Part shown: positions 27,122-39,846 of the stretch, piece after piece | Numbering within the stretch: position 1 is the stretch's first letter | Layout of the letters: every line of letters starts with the position of its first letter | NCBI GenBank assembly: GCA_951406725.2 | Contig: OX597815.1 | Span: 181,226,001-181,290,000 of the forward strand | DNA length: 64,000 nt | Source of the DNA: Octopus vulgaris | Lineage: Eukaryota | Reading direction: 5' to 3' | The notes under the pieces: generated by a model | What the model saw: the letters and a program-made list of their open reading frames with translations, nothing else | The model's database searches: none | Told to the model about the DNA's origin: nothing | Made by a program: the position numbers and the translations under genes

Positions 27122-28140
27122 GACTGTAAATATTGACTTCACACAAACACGTTGCTTCCTGATACAGGCACAAGGCCAGCAGAACTATAAATATTGAAAA
27201 TTGTACCCACACACGCACACATATATATACGCGCGCGCGCCCCAACATACATATAAACACACACACTCACACGCGCACTCAGGCTGGTCAGTAGACGTCA
27301 TGTGGATATTTTAACACACACACACACACACACTCACACGCGCACACATACATAGCTCTTCCTATCCTAAACGAACTTACTTATGCAGCTCAAATTCAGT
27401 CAAGCGGAAAATACACTCCTTAACTACGCGCTAAAAAGCTATTTAAAATATCCACATGACGTCTACTGACCAGCCTGAACAATAAGAATTTTCAACAATA
27501 AGAGTTTTCGAAAACTCTTATTGTTGAAAATTATTGTTGTTCAGGCTGGTCAGTAGACGTCATGTGAATATTTTAACACACACACACACACACACACACT
27601 CACACGCGCACACATACATACATATAGCTCTTCCTATCCTAAACGAACTTACTTATGCAGCTCAAATTCAGTCAAGCGGAAAATACACTCCTTAACTACG
27701 CGCTAAAAAGCTATTTAAAATATCCACATGACATCTACTGACCAGCCTGAACAATAAGAATTTTCAACAATAAGAGTTTTCGAAAACTCTTATTGTTGAA
27801 AATTCTTATTGTTCAGGCTGGTCAGTAGACGTCATGTGGATATTTTAAATAGCTTTTTAGCGCGTAGTTAGTGAGTGTATTTTCCGCTTGACTGAATTTG
27901 AGCTGCATAAGTAAGTTCGTTTAGGACAGGAAGAGCTATATGTATGTATGTGTGTGCGCGTGTGAGTGTATGTGTGTGTGTGTGTGTGTGTGTGTTTATA
28001 TGTATGTTGGGGCGCGCGCGCGTGTATATATGTGTGCGTGTGTGGGTACAATTTTCAATATTTATAGTTCTGCTGGCCTTGTGCCTGTATCGGGAAGCAA
28101 CGTGTTTGTGTGAAGTCAATATTTACAGTCATTACAGTCA
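27121..28140. repeat. Nested palindromic fold-back built from the Penelope 3' region seen at 9330-9690
   Basis: Outer arms tgactgtaaatattgacttcac / gtgaagtcaatatttacagtca. Turn-arounds at aagagttttcgaaaactctt (~27509 and ~27781). Confidence 0.88.
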
Positions 28141-28868
28141 CTTGACCTAATCTGACCTAAACAACAACAGCAACAACCAAATCTATAACAAGTAGGTATC
28201 ACGATAACTTAAGTGATTACTTTAACATTCATTACTATACAACTAACAACTAACTCTATTTAGAATAGAAGCGTGGCTGTGTGGTAAGAAGCTTGCTCCC
28301 CAACTACATGGAAAAAAGTCAAGGTAGAAAATGCTAAAATAATTTTATAAAAATCATTTCAGAACCGGTTTCAGTCATTGAAACTTTTTCAACTGTAAGT
28401 ATGGAAAACAATTAAATTTTGGAAAAATTAAATGAAAAGTTTAAAAAAAATATATTTGCATATTATTCAAATACAAGGGACATTTTCCTTGTTTCTTCCT
28501 GTCTCTATCTCTCTTGTTTACTCTTGGGAGTTCGTAATCGTAAACAAGAGTAAACAAGAGAGACAGAAACTTTTAATTTAATTTTCCCAAAATTTAATTG
28601 TTTTCCATACTTACAGTTGAAAAAGTTTCAATGACTGAAACCGGTACTAAAATGTTTTTATAAAATTATTTTAGCATTTTCTACCTTGACTTTTTCCCAT
28701 GTAGTTGGGAAGCAAGCTTCTTACCACACAGCCACGTCTCTATTCTAAATAGAGTTAGTTGTTAGTTGTATAGTAATGCATGTTAAAGTAATCACTTAAG
28801 TTATCGTGATACCTACTTGTTATAGATTTGGTTGTTGCTGTTGTTATTTAGGTAAGATTAGGTCAAGT
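28140..28868. repeat. ~300-bp-arm inverted repeat containing a decayed hammerhead and ~170 bp of duplicated flanking DNA
   Basis: acttgacctaatct...28441 mirrors 28568...agattaggtcaagt. ttgaaaa-agt..act-GAAAC-cg-GTA at 28617-28646. A SINE B head fragment is present in both arms. Confidence 0.9.
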
Positions 28869-29688
28869 AGACCTATGATCAAAGGCATTGCAGACATGAG
28901 AATCCTGTCTTTTAGGCGTATGCTAGAGTAAAATATCTAATGTGTCTTCTCTTAATTTAAGACTCAAAGTGCGTTTCGAAAGAAATTTGACTGTTGTTTC
29001 TAGCAAATCGGGTAACCATTTAGAAATGCTATCAATCCCAACTTCTGGCACTGAAGAGTGATAAGAAACATTGCCAGACACCTTGGTTATACTGTTCATC
29101 TTGTCTCTCTTACAGCTGCTGCTGTCTGTTTATGAGTTTCGTGTAGCCAACAAAATGTAGATAATTCATTATGGCTGGATATTAATTACTTTGTAAATAC
29201 TTGAAGATGCTAAGCAGTTTAGCTCTCTAAAGATTTGAATTTAACATAATCTAGGGTAGGTAAACTTCGCGAAGTAGAACGCAATCACTCCTGTTTATCT
29301 TAGATTATCTGCCATGTTACTGGGTACTTATGCTGCGTGTTAAATGTCTTGTAGTAGATGATAAGTTCCAGTATTTAATAGTTTCCCCGAAGTGAATATA
29401 AATATAATTTCGACCACAAGTAGGGAAACGAAATTCTTTTCAAGTCGTATTATTAACATTAAAAAAATATATTCCTTGATTCATACGAATACAGGATGAA
29501 ATGTATACAGAATTGGACGTAATTATTTCCCTCACCTCATATAGTGAAAAATAGAGCCAATTTAGAAGGATTTAAAATCATAACCTAGAGTAGGGTTTTC
29601 AGCCAGGGACCACATGAAGCTTAGGGGTCCATATAAGATTTAGTTGTTAAAAAGCATGCTAATTAAATCAGTTACACTTTTACAATGT

Positions 29689-30010
29689 GGAGGCGCAATG
29701 GCCCAGTGGTTAGGGCAGCAGACTCGCAGTCGGGGGATCGCGGTTTCGATTCCCAGACCGGGCGTTGTGTGTGTTTATTGAGCGAAACACCTAAAGCTCC
29801 ACGAAGCTCCGGCAGTGGGTGGTGGCGACCCCTGCTGTACTCTTTCGCCCCAACATTCTCTCACTCTCTCTTCCTGTTTCTTGAGTAACGCTGCGATGGA
29901 CTAGGGTCCCGTATTACTGGGTGGGGAGGGTGAACACATACGCCATAGAAACCGGGAAACCGGGCCCATGAGCCTGGCTAGGCTTGAAAAGGGCGCATAA
30001 ATAAATAAAA
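29689..30010 (+). mobile_element. SINE family C head/body with a different 3' tail
   Basis: Matches family C to ~29880, then gaaaccgggaaaccgggcccatgagcc...(ataa)n. TSD acttttacaat. Confidence 0.8.
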
Positions 30011-30072
30011 ATACTTTTACAATACACAAAATATATTAATTTCTTAGTACAATTCCTAATAATATTCAATAA

Positions 30073-30437
30073 TCTTTTCTACTCTAGGCACAAGGCCCGG
30101 AATTTGGGGGGAGGAGGCCAGTCGATTAAATCGACCCCAATACGCAACTGGTACTTAATTTATCGACCCCGAAAAGATGAAAGGCAAAGTCGACCTCGAC
30201 GGAATTTGAAATCAGAACGTAAAGATAGATGAAATACCTATTTCTTTACTACCCACAAGGGGGTAAACACAGAGGAGACAAACAAGGACAGACAGATGGA
30301 TTAGGTCGATTATATCGACCCCGAAAGAATGAAAGGCAAAATCGACCCCGGTGGAGTTTGAACTCAGAACGTAACGGCAGACGAAATACCGTTAAGCATT
30401 TCGCTCGGTGCGCTAACGATTCTGCCAGCTCACCGCA
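30073..30437 (-). mobile_element. SINE family A dimer with TSD taata(t/g)tcaataat
   Basis: Flanking direct repeat; family A motifs. Confidence 0.88.
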
Positions 30438-30864
30438 TTAATAGTCAATAATAAAAATATGATGGGATTTTTTAAAAACATTAAATGAATACGGGGCCCT
30501 ATATAGTAAAATGGTAATCAAAGGCGCAGGAGTGGCTGTGTGGTAAGTAGCTTGCTTACAAACCATATGGTTCCGGGTTCAGTCACACTGCGTGGCAACT
30601 GGGGCAAATGTTTTCTACTATAGACTCGGGCCGACCAAAGCCTTGAGAGTGGATTTGGTAGGCGGAAACTGAAAGAAACCTGTCGTATACATTATAGGCG
30701 CAGGAATGGGTGTGTGGTAAGAAGCTTGCTTACTAGCCACATGGTTCTCGGTTCAATCCCATTGTCTGGCACTTTGGGCAAGTGTCCTCTACTATAGCCT
30801 CGGGCCGACCAAAACCTTGTGAGTGGATTTGGTAGGCAGAAACTGAAAGAAGCCTGTTCTGTGC

Positions 30865-30904
<40 letters not shown>

Positions 30905-30905
<1 letters not shown>

Positions 30906-31373
30906 AGTTCAGTAAAAATTTAGATTCAGTTGAATATGGTACTTAAGTTAAAGGCACCAGAATTTGGTATGGTATTATCCATACAATTCAAAATGGGGTG
31001 ATTATAATCAAAATAAGCAACAAGGATATCCAAAGGTAATGCAGTACGATCATTTCATGCGACTCCATTTAATTAAACAATGCAAGTATTACATCAGTAT
31101 TAAAATTTAGAGCAATCTTCAGCTGCATATAAATATAGAATTTTAGTTAAATTGAAAAGATTCGTTTTTATAGTTATTCCATTTACCAGCATCACAGTTA
31201 TCCTATAACTATAAAAATGAATCTTTTCAATTTAACTAAATTCTATATTTATATGCAGCTGAAGATTGCTCTGCATTTTAAAACTGATGTAATACTTGCA
31301 TTGTTTAATTAAATGGAGTGCATGAAACGATCGTACTGCATTACCTTTGGATATCCTTGTTGCTTATTTTGAT

Positions 31374-31377
<4 letters not shown>
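30905..31377 (+). mobile_element. Fold-back element (~175-bp arms 31003-31177 / 31205-31377) with a hammerhead in each arm
   Basis: Direct reverse-complement match; inserted in (TA)n. Confidence 0.85.
31253..31341 (+). ncRNA. Type I hammerhead ribozyme motif with intact core
   Basis: atgcag-CTGAAGA-ttgc...gcat-GAAA-cgatcg-TA-ctgcat: 6-bp stem I, palindromic stem III, GUA triplet. Confidence 0.72.
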
Positions 31378-31414
<37 letters not shown>

Positions 31415-31437
31415 ATGTGTGTGTGTGTGTGTGTGTA

Positions 31438-31475
<38 letters not shown>

Positions 31476-32109
31476 TTTGTCGTTTGTGTCAGTATCTGTC
31501 CTCCCACCAACGTTTGACAACTGATGCTGGAGTCCCCGTCACTTTGCGGTTCGGGTAAAAAGAGTCCGATAGAATAAGTACTAGGCTTACAAAGAATAAT
31601 TCCTGGGGTCGATTTATTCGACTAAAGGTGGTGCTCCAACATGGCCGCAGTCACATGTCTGAAACAATTAAAAGAGTAAAAGAGTACAGTATTGTTTTGC
31701 TTCGCGGATTTTCACCTATCGCGGGTGTTCTGGAACGTAACCCCCATGGTAGTTGAGGGATTTCTTTAATGGCTTTTGTCCAAGCACATCTCATTGTTTT
31801 TGTTTCAAACTGAGCAAAATTGAGGATTATAGTTAATTGCATCGGTTCCAAAACTTTTACCCTATAAACCATTTGCGAAAAAGAATCATAATTTTCCCTT
31901 TGTAGTGTTTGTCTAAATCAACCAAATATAGTGGGATCGTAAACAGGTCCATATTATATATATATATATAGAGGATTATCCTCAGCATAAGTTAAAAAAT
32001 ATAACACTACTAGGAAATAAATATAGTGTCTAGTAGAATCTACTAGATTACCGGATATTTAAAATATAGTGTTGCTGGTGGGATGTACAATGGCAATAGT
32101 TTTGTCAGT

Positions 32110-32189
32110 GGTCCGGAAATCTATCGATACGTAATTTTGGGGTTAGTAGCCCGCGCTCTTAAACACTACGCCATATGGTCCCCGGGCAT
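32110..32189 (-). mobile_element. tRNA-like head of the same family as 45012-45085 (B-box decayed)
   Basis: Minus strand catatggcgtagtgtttaagagcgcgggctactaaccccaaaatt. Confidence 0.7.
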
Positions 32190-32399
32190 ATATTTCAAAG
32201 GGCCAGTCTTGTCACACTCTGCGTCACGCTGAATCTCCTCGAGAACTACGTTAAAGGTACACGTGTCTGTGGAGTACTCAGTCACTTGCACATTAATTTC
32301 ACGAACAACTTCTTCCGTTGATCGGGGCAACTGGAACCCTCGTCGTCGTAACCGACGGAGTATCGTTGCAGCAGCAGCAGTAGTATATATATATATGTG

Positions 32400-32608
32400 A
32401 TCTCTTGAGCACCACCAGCAAAAAAATTTTTTCCCTCTGTCTTCCCTTCTCGGGATCTTTCCTTCTCCTTTGTTTCCGACGAAGAGCTCCGCTCGAAACG
32501 TTAAACCCTCCTTCCCTTCTTTCCTGAGCGTCAAATAATACTTTAATTGTTCCACGTCCTCGCGTTGCTGTTTTTTTTTTCTGTGTTTTCTTGTTTGGAT
32601 TAACTATA
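32400..32608 (+). mobile_element. Second copy of the ~215-bp hammerhead element (HHR 32472-32506)
   Basis: gtttccgacgaagagctccgctcgaaacgttaaac. Confidence 0.75.
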
Positions 32609-32749
32609 TATATATATAATGAGGGAGATAAATTGAATATTAATTTAATTAATATCAATTTAAAACCAGTAGCCTAGGATATAAAAAGTCTGAAAAATCA
32701 GAAAAAATGTCAATACATGTGTATGTATATATATACATGTATATGTATG

Positions 32750-32800
<51 letters not shown>

Positions 32801-34019
32801 TATGTATATATATATACTACTATGTATATATATATACTACTATATATATATATATATATATATATACTATTGTGTGTGTGTGTGTGTGTGTGAAATATTG
32901 TTTATAATTATTTAGGGGTAAAAAGGAAGAAGGCTAAAACTGCAGAGCAATTTAATCCAGTCGAGTAATAGCTTTTACCAACATGTCGCCCTTTAATCGC
33001 AGCGGATTGAAAAATAAAACGGTTTCACTTTAAAATGTGGAATTAGCTGGAGAAATCCGTAAGAATGGAGTTTCGTATGTTTTAGGTCTGAATTGATGGA
33101 GAAACGTTTTAAAATGTCACAAAATGTAATGTGAAAACATTAGGAAGTACTTTTATTACGACTACACAAACCAGGTCACGTCTAAGTGGAAAGGAATGCT
33201 TAGTGTTAGCATTTATTTGATTTCTAGAATAATTTACTGCATCAGATTCTTAATATCAAATGCGATCGGTATAAGTTTTCGTTAAAAGACAGAATAAACA
33301 AATGAAAAAATATATGTTTCTATGTATTTGTTTTGCAAGATTCCTCATGTGAAATCAAGTGCTGAAACAGATATTGTTGTGTTTGGTAACGGTCATTTTG
33401 CCAATAAACACACGCACTGTTTATCTGATTGTCACTTTAGCTTAATCATTATGCTTAACTTATTTTAGTTTACTAGTTAATTAGTTTATTTGTAATATAA
33501 ACAGAGAATATTTTAAAAGAAATCGATAATTAAAAACGTAATTATAGCTGAAACTCTTTCTTGACATTAGTTTTAACAACTTTTGAAACTTGTTCGGATT
33601 TATCCGTCTCAGTATTGTCCTGCAGAACATTCGGGAAGTCGGTAAGACAGTATTACGTTAATAAAGACGTTTTTGATGAAGGATTTTCTTTCAGGACGAC
33701 TAACTACTGAAAAGCCATGTCGGAGTGTCAAAAAGTATGTGTCATTAATGAATTCTTGCTTAGCTCTCAAGAAGTCTTCTGCAAAATACATGCGTCTTCC
33801 TCTAATGACGTCAGTAATAGTAAGAAGACGGTAATAAATCCTTGCTTGCTTGGATGCTTTGCCCGCGAAATATTCAGAGCACCTCGTAACACAGGTGTAA
33901 ACGCAATGAAACTCTGCCTCCGGGAGTTTTATGACAATATCATTGATACTGCAGTAAAACGTAACTAATTTCTAGACGAACCTGCGATTATGGACAACAG
34001 CCCATGCTTTCACTAAACT

Positions 34020-34747
34020 AAAATTTTGGCATAAGGTTGGCAATTACAGGAGAGGGCACATCAATTACATTTGACCCCAGTATGCAACTGGTACTTATTT
34101 TATTGCTCCCGAAAGGATGATAGAAAAAATCGACCTCGGCGGTATTTGAACTCAGAATGTAAAGACAGACGAAATATCGCTATGCATTTTGCCCGGCGTG
34201 CTAACGTTTCTGACAGCTCGCCGCCTAAAGTTGTATTCTTTTCAACTCTAGGCACAAGGCCCGAAAGTTTCAGGGAGGGGGCCAGTCGATTAGATCAACC
34301 CCAGCACGCAACTTAATTTATCGACCCCGTCAGCGGAATTTGAACTCAGAACGTAGCGGCAGACGAAATACCTATTTCTTTACTACCCACAAGGGGCTAA
34401 ACACAGAGAGGACAAACAAGGACAGATAAACGGATTAAGTCTCAAGATAATCTGCTTCTTTTATGATGGTATAATTATATGTGTACTGGCGATAATTATA
34501 TAATTATATCTGTAAAGGCGGCGAGCTGGCAGAATCGTTAGCACGCCCGGCGAAATGCTAAGCGGTATTTCGACCGCCGCTACGTTCTGAGTTCAAATTG
34601 CGCTGAGGTCGACTTTGCCTTTCATCCTTTCGGGGTCGATTAAATAAGTGCCAGTTACGCACTGGGGTCGATATAATCGACTTAATCCGTTTGTCTGTCC
34701 TTGTTTGTCCCCTCTGTGTTTAGTCCCTTGTGGGTAGTAAAGAAATA
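34020..34747. mobile_element. SINE family A cluster (minus copies 34020-34440, plus copy 34517-34747 with TSD)
   Basis: Family A motifs; tataattatatctgta flanks the plus copy. Confidence 0.85.
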
Positions 34748-34759
34748 TGTATAATTATA

Positions 34760-35090
34760 TCTGTACTGGCCAATGGAAAACCGTCTGCACCTTTTGATTT
34801 ATTCGACGGAGTTCACCAGGGTTACATTCATGTCACATTACACTTCTACTTTGTCAGTTGTGTCATTTACCCTGCATATGACAATTGCGACTGTGACTTC
34901 TGCCTTAAATCCTGAGAGGATGGATTCCTTTTCGACTTACAAAGAATTGTTGTCAGCATTAACATATTTGATTGGCGCCTTCGTTTACTGCCTTCCTACT
35001 GCTCCCGTAATTTCTGATTGCTACTTCCTCGTCACCAGATTCATAGTGGCAGCATCGTTGATTGGACGGCCGACCTCAGCAACATAATTC
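34760..35090 (+). pseudogene. Old RTE-like RT fragment
   Basis: VLANGKPSAPFDLFDGVHQG resembles the RT S..F.I..GV.QG motif. Confidence 0.5.
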
Positions 35091-35398
35091 ATACTTTATA
35101 GTCCTGTCAAAGACTCAGAATGTCAATTATGTGTTTAAATATAGTCTTTATCATCGTTTGAATTCCACAACCACTCTAGAAACGGATGCTTTTCTCCTCA
35201 TCTTCCTTCATTCATTATTCTAATATTTCTTTCTCCTCACAAACTATTTATTTCAGCCCAAACAATCAAACATTTCCTTACCATAATTTATATATACTAC
35301 TAAAGGATATTATTACACTACACTTGCAGTCATATTGGTCCACACCTCAAGAAGAAGCCTAAAGCGTTATATAAACAATGGAAAACTAGTGTTCTTCA

Positions 35399-35439
35399 CA
35401 GTCTGACGAGAGTTTCTAACTCGAAATTTCGAAAATGCT
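35399..35439 (+). ncRNA. Hammerhead-like motif with an altered cleavage site
   Basis: agt-CTGACGA-gagt-ttcta-actc-GAAA-tttcgaaa-at-gct. Confidence 0.6.
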
Positions 35440-35470
35440 CTCAACCTTCTCCTTTTAATATACAAACATA

Positions 35471-35872
35471 GGCGCAGGAGTGGCTGTTTGGTAAGTAGCT
35501 TGCTAACCAACCACATGGTTCCGGGTTCAGTCCCACTGCGTGGCATCTTGGGCAAATGTCTTCTGCTATAGCCCCAGGCCGACCAATGCCTTGTGAGTGG
35601 ATTTGGTAGACGGAAACTGAAAGAAGCCTGTCGTATATATGTATATATATATAAGTGTGTGTGAATATGTTTGTGTGTCTGTGTTTGTTCCACTAGCATT
35701 GCTTGACAACTGATGCTGGTGTGTTTACGTCCCCGTCACTTAGCGGTTCGGCAAAAGACACCGATAGAATAAGTACTGGGCTTACAAAGAATAAGTCCCG
35801 GGGTCGAGTTGCTCGACTAAAGGCGGTGCTCCAGCATGGCCGCAGTCAAATGACTGAAACAAGAGTAAAATA
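35471..35872 (+). mobile_element. SINE family B, full length
   Basis: ggcgcaggagtggctgt...gggttcagtccc...accttgggcaa-like core...aagagtaaaa. Confidence 0.9.
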
Positions 35873-36205
35873 CATACCTACCTACCTACATACATACATA
35901 CATAAATGCGCGCACACACATACATATATACATAAACACACACACGCACACACACACATACATACATGCACCCACGTATACACACATACATATATACACG
36001 CACACACACATGCATACATGCACACACACACACACATACATACACACTCGCACGCGCACATACATACACATACGTATACGCATACATACATACATATACA
36101 CACGCACGCAGATACATACATATATACATACATACATACATACATACATACATACACGCATGCACGCATATACATACATACATGCACACTCACATACGTG
36201 TGCTT

Positions 36206-36270
<65 letters not shown>

Positions 36271-36463
36271 TTCGTGCTTTATATATTTGTGACATCATAT
36301 AATCCAACTTTATCAAGACTTGAATATGTATATTTGTCATATATCTCCCATAATCTCCACCCAACGAGAGAATCACAAGATTAGTGAAAGAAAGAAAGAA
36401 ACCAACATTTGGAAAATACATTAGGCTCTGAAACGAAACGCATGCCAGTTAGTACGGGAATAT

Positions 36464-36500
<37 letters not shown>

Positions 36501-36664
36501 AGAAAAACCCGGGGAATGAAACATGAGACTCTTTGTGGAAAATCTACCTGTTGAGTTTTATTGCTTTTATGTAAAAGCATATAAATGGAGCGTGATAAAA
36601 TTATTAATTTCGATTGGAAAATGAAATATAATATGACTTCAAAATAATTAAGTAAATAAAGAAA

Positions 36665-36998
36665 TCTCTCTATATATAAAGCTGAAGTTGTCTGTGTATG
36701 GCAAGTTTGGTAGCCTTCAACTAACACTATCTCCCCTGAGACCCTGCGGCGCAAATTCAAATCGGTCCATGTTAACACCAAAAATTATTTACATCAAAAA
36801 GGTGCATTTTTTTCTATGAAAATCCCTGTATTTTACGATTTTTTGACTGCTGTGTCACCATTTTTCGGTGCATTTCAACCAGAAAAAATGTTCACTTAAA
36901 GAGAATAACAAGCTACATAATGCAAAATTTTTACTTTTCAAAAATTCCAATTTTGAAGGGTCGAAACAAACCCGAGCAACGCCGAGCGATACTGCTAG
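36665..36998 (+). mobile_element. Non-autonomous Helitron
   Basis: A|TC start, CTAG|T end, sub-terminal hairpin remnant cccgagcaacgccgag. Confidence 0.75.
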
Positions 36999-37549
36999 TT
37001 AATTAATAAAATAATACTTCTTTGTCGCTTTGTCGCCTATGAAACCCCGGGTGTGGTTAATCTTTTATTTGATATAACTCTGTTGCAGAGCTCATTTTAA
37101 ACTTTCATAACTGTGTATATAACGAGCAGCAATATACTCTCGCATCCAGTCACTTGTATCATGAATCCCACGCGTTTTGGCCTCGCGTCTTCGTAGGAAA
37201 CCGATGTGGCACAAATTAGGCTAAATTTATAACAGCAAGTTTTATTTGAAATTACTTAATATTGTTTATCTTTTGCATTAGACAAAGACTTCAGTAGCTT
37301 CTAAGTATAAAACTAATGGTTACACTACATATCCCACGGAGAGGTAATCCGCACACATACACACACACACATACGCACACACACACACACGTACTCATTG
37401 TGAAGAAAAAAATCATATGAAAAATTATGGTTTTGATACAAACTACTGTGGCAAATCTTGTTTATTTAATCCTGCTACGACACTCTCCGAGGGGATTTTT
37501 AAAAAATCATTTTCGTTGGAATCGTAATAGCAAGCACTTTTTAACAGCA

Positions 37550-37598
<49 letters not shown>

Positions 37599-37691
37599 AT
37601 ATATATATAAGTATTGTTAATATATGCTTATTATTGTTATATATATACTTATTATTATATATTATTTATATATATATATATACTTACCACA

Positions 37692-38096
37692 GGTGCAGGA
37701 GTGGCTGTGTGCTAAGTAGCTTGCTTACCAACCACATGGTTCTGGGTTCAGTCCCACTGTGTGGCACCTTGGGCGAGTGTTTTCTACTATAAGCCTCGGG
37801 CCGACTAAAGCCTTGTGAGTGGATTTGGTTGGCGGAAACTGAAAAGATGCCTGTCGTATATATGTATGTATATATGTGTGTGTGTTTGTGTGTCTGTGTT
37901 TGTCCCCCCAACATCGCTTGACAACCGATGCTGGTGTGTTTACCTCCCCGTAACTTAGCGGTTCGGCCAAAGAGACCGAAAAAATAAGTACTAGGCTTAC
38001 AAAGTATAAGTCTTGGGGTCGATTTGCTCGACTAAAGGCGGTGCTCCAGTATAGCCACAATCAAATGTCTGAAACAAGTAAAAGAGTAAAAGAGTA
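37692..38096 (+). mobile_element. SINE family B, full length
   Basis: Family B match. Confidence 0.9.
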
Positions 38097-39314
38097 TTAT
38101 TTAATAATATGTGCTTCAAGTAAGGCGACTAAACTTAAACAACTGACCGAAAAATGATGGGCCGAACCATTAGGAATTGAATATGACATCAATGTTGACA
38201 TGGCTCCATACGCATCCAATTTAGGCATATAGCCCACCTCATACATTTCAATGTATGAGTAATTTTTGTCTAGTGTATATTTAGTCGATCTGGTTTTTAT
38301 ACAAAGTGATATATAAGACGGTATAAATAATGTTCATTACATGTTCAGTACATATTTTTCCTTTATTAGAGTAAATTAGGCTTACAGCTGTTACCTGTAG
38401 TCATTATAGGTATGTTACTGATAGGTTTACTCAATTGGTCTATTGATCGGCTGAGAATAATTGAAAGACCGAAAAGAATTAACGCTACTTTCGCCAGAGC
38501 CATTTCTATGATGACACAAACGAACTGAAATACTTGACTGAATCATCATAAAATTAACTTTCATTTCAATGCAATGTTGAAATCAGCTCCAATGTTTTAT
38601 TACCGGAACCGTCATTGACCCAGAGTGTCACGGGTAGTCTAGTATCTCATAACATTGAAGTGGTCGGTTGGACTATTATTTGATAAAATGAGAAAGGTGC
38701 AAGTGTGTTAGTGTGAGGGAAATGTGGCGGCATAGTGAGTGTGACTGACATCAGGGAAGGGGAAAACAGGGTTGTGAAAGCGACAAATATGGGGTGACAG
38801 TGGGATAGTAACGTTAATACAGCTGTCATAGATATGTGACATCCTACCTGAATACCAATCTTGAGAAATTAGGCTTTTCAATATCAGTACAGAGGAATCT
38901 GATTCGAAGACTACACATCCAAGCCAGCCCTGAAACTAGAAATCTGTAAGACTTTCCAGAAGTTTATCATTTAAGTATATATGAGCATGTCTAGACATTC
39001 GACTATATGTATGAGAAGACATAAAAAAAACAAAGCATACATATCTGCATATGTTGAAATTCTAATGAAGGAGCCTTGGATCTAGGTTAGAAACCGGCTC
39101 TTTCTCTGTTGGTAAGAAATTTTGAAATAAAACTGAATAATGATACTCATATATACGTATGTGCGTGCCTGTGGGAGTGTGTGTGTGTGTGTGTGTGTAG
39201 AAAGAACAAGCTGAAAGTGTTGGTTCTTAAATTACACGTCTACATAAGTAATATCAGATCCAAATCTCCAGTTTTGATTTATATACAAACATGTACACGC
39301 ACGCACACACACAC

Positions 39315-39379
<65 letters not shown>

Positions 39380-39846
39380 CAGACAGACAGATACACACAC
39401 ACTCAAACACGCACGTACACACATACATACAGGCACATATCAGTTAATGTGTTAAGTAAAGTGATGGCAGGATCGTTAGCACGACAGGCAAAATGCTTAG
39501 CGGGCAAAATACTTAGCAAAGTGCAAGACAGACAAAATACTTTGCGGCATTTCTTCCGTCTTGAGTTTAAATTTCACCAAGGTCGAATTTTTATTCTTTC
39601 GGAATCGATAAGATAAGTACCATTTGAATACTGGGGTTTATTTAATCGACGTACCCCATCCCCCTAAATCATTGGCTTTGTGCAAAAAACTGAAAGCATT
39701 ATATTAAAAATTGTGCTTGTAATATAGAGGCGGATTATCATTATTTTCAAAAGCAAACTTAAGAAAAGCATATTATAAGTTTCTCTCAGGTGGGTGTCAC
39801 AATAATACTTTCATTTACTATGCATCGTTAATTATAAATTACAAAA

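Larger units (their letters stand above)
30697..31685 (+). mobile_element. SINE family B split by an insertion into its internal (TA)n
   Basis: 5' half 30697-30865, 3' half ~31470-31685. Confidence 0.82.

Noticed and set aside
33600-33968. Short ORFs and splice-like sites
   Set aside because: No homology cue; expected at random in AT-rich DNA
35703-36421. Many long ORFs rich in YI/HT/CV/MYVC repeats (also at 6367, 22271, 47537 and 62987)
   Set aside because: These are translations of stop-free microsatellites, not genes
38620-39010. Helitron-like 3' hairpin+CTAG and possible GIY-YIG remnant
   Set aside because: No matching 5' end, and the motif is too weak
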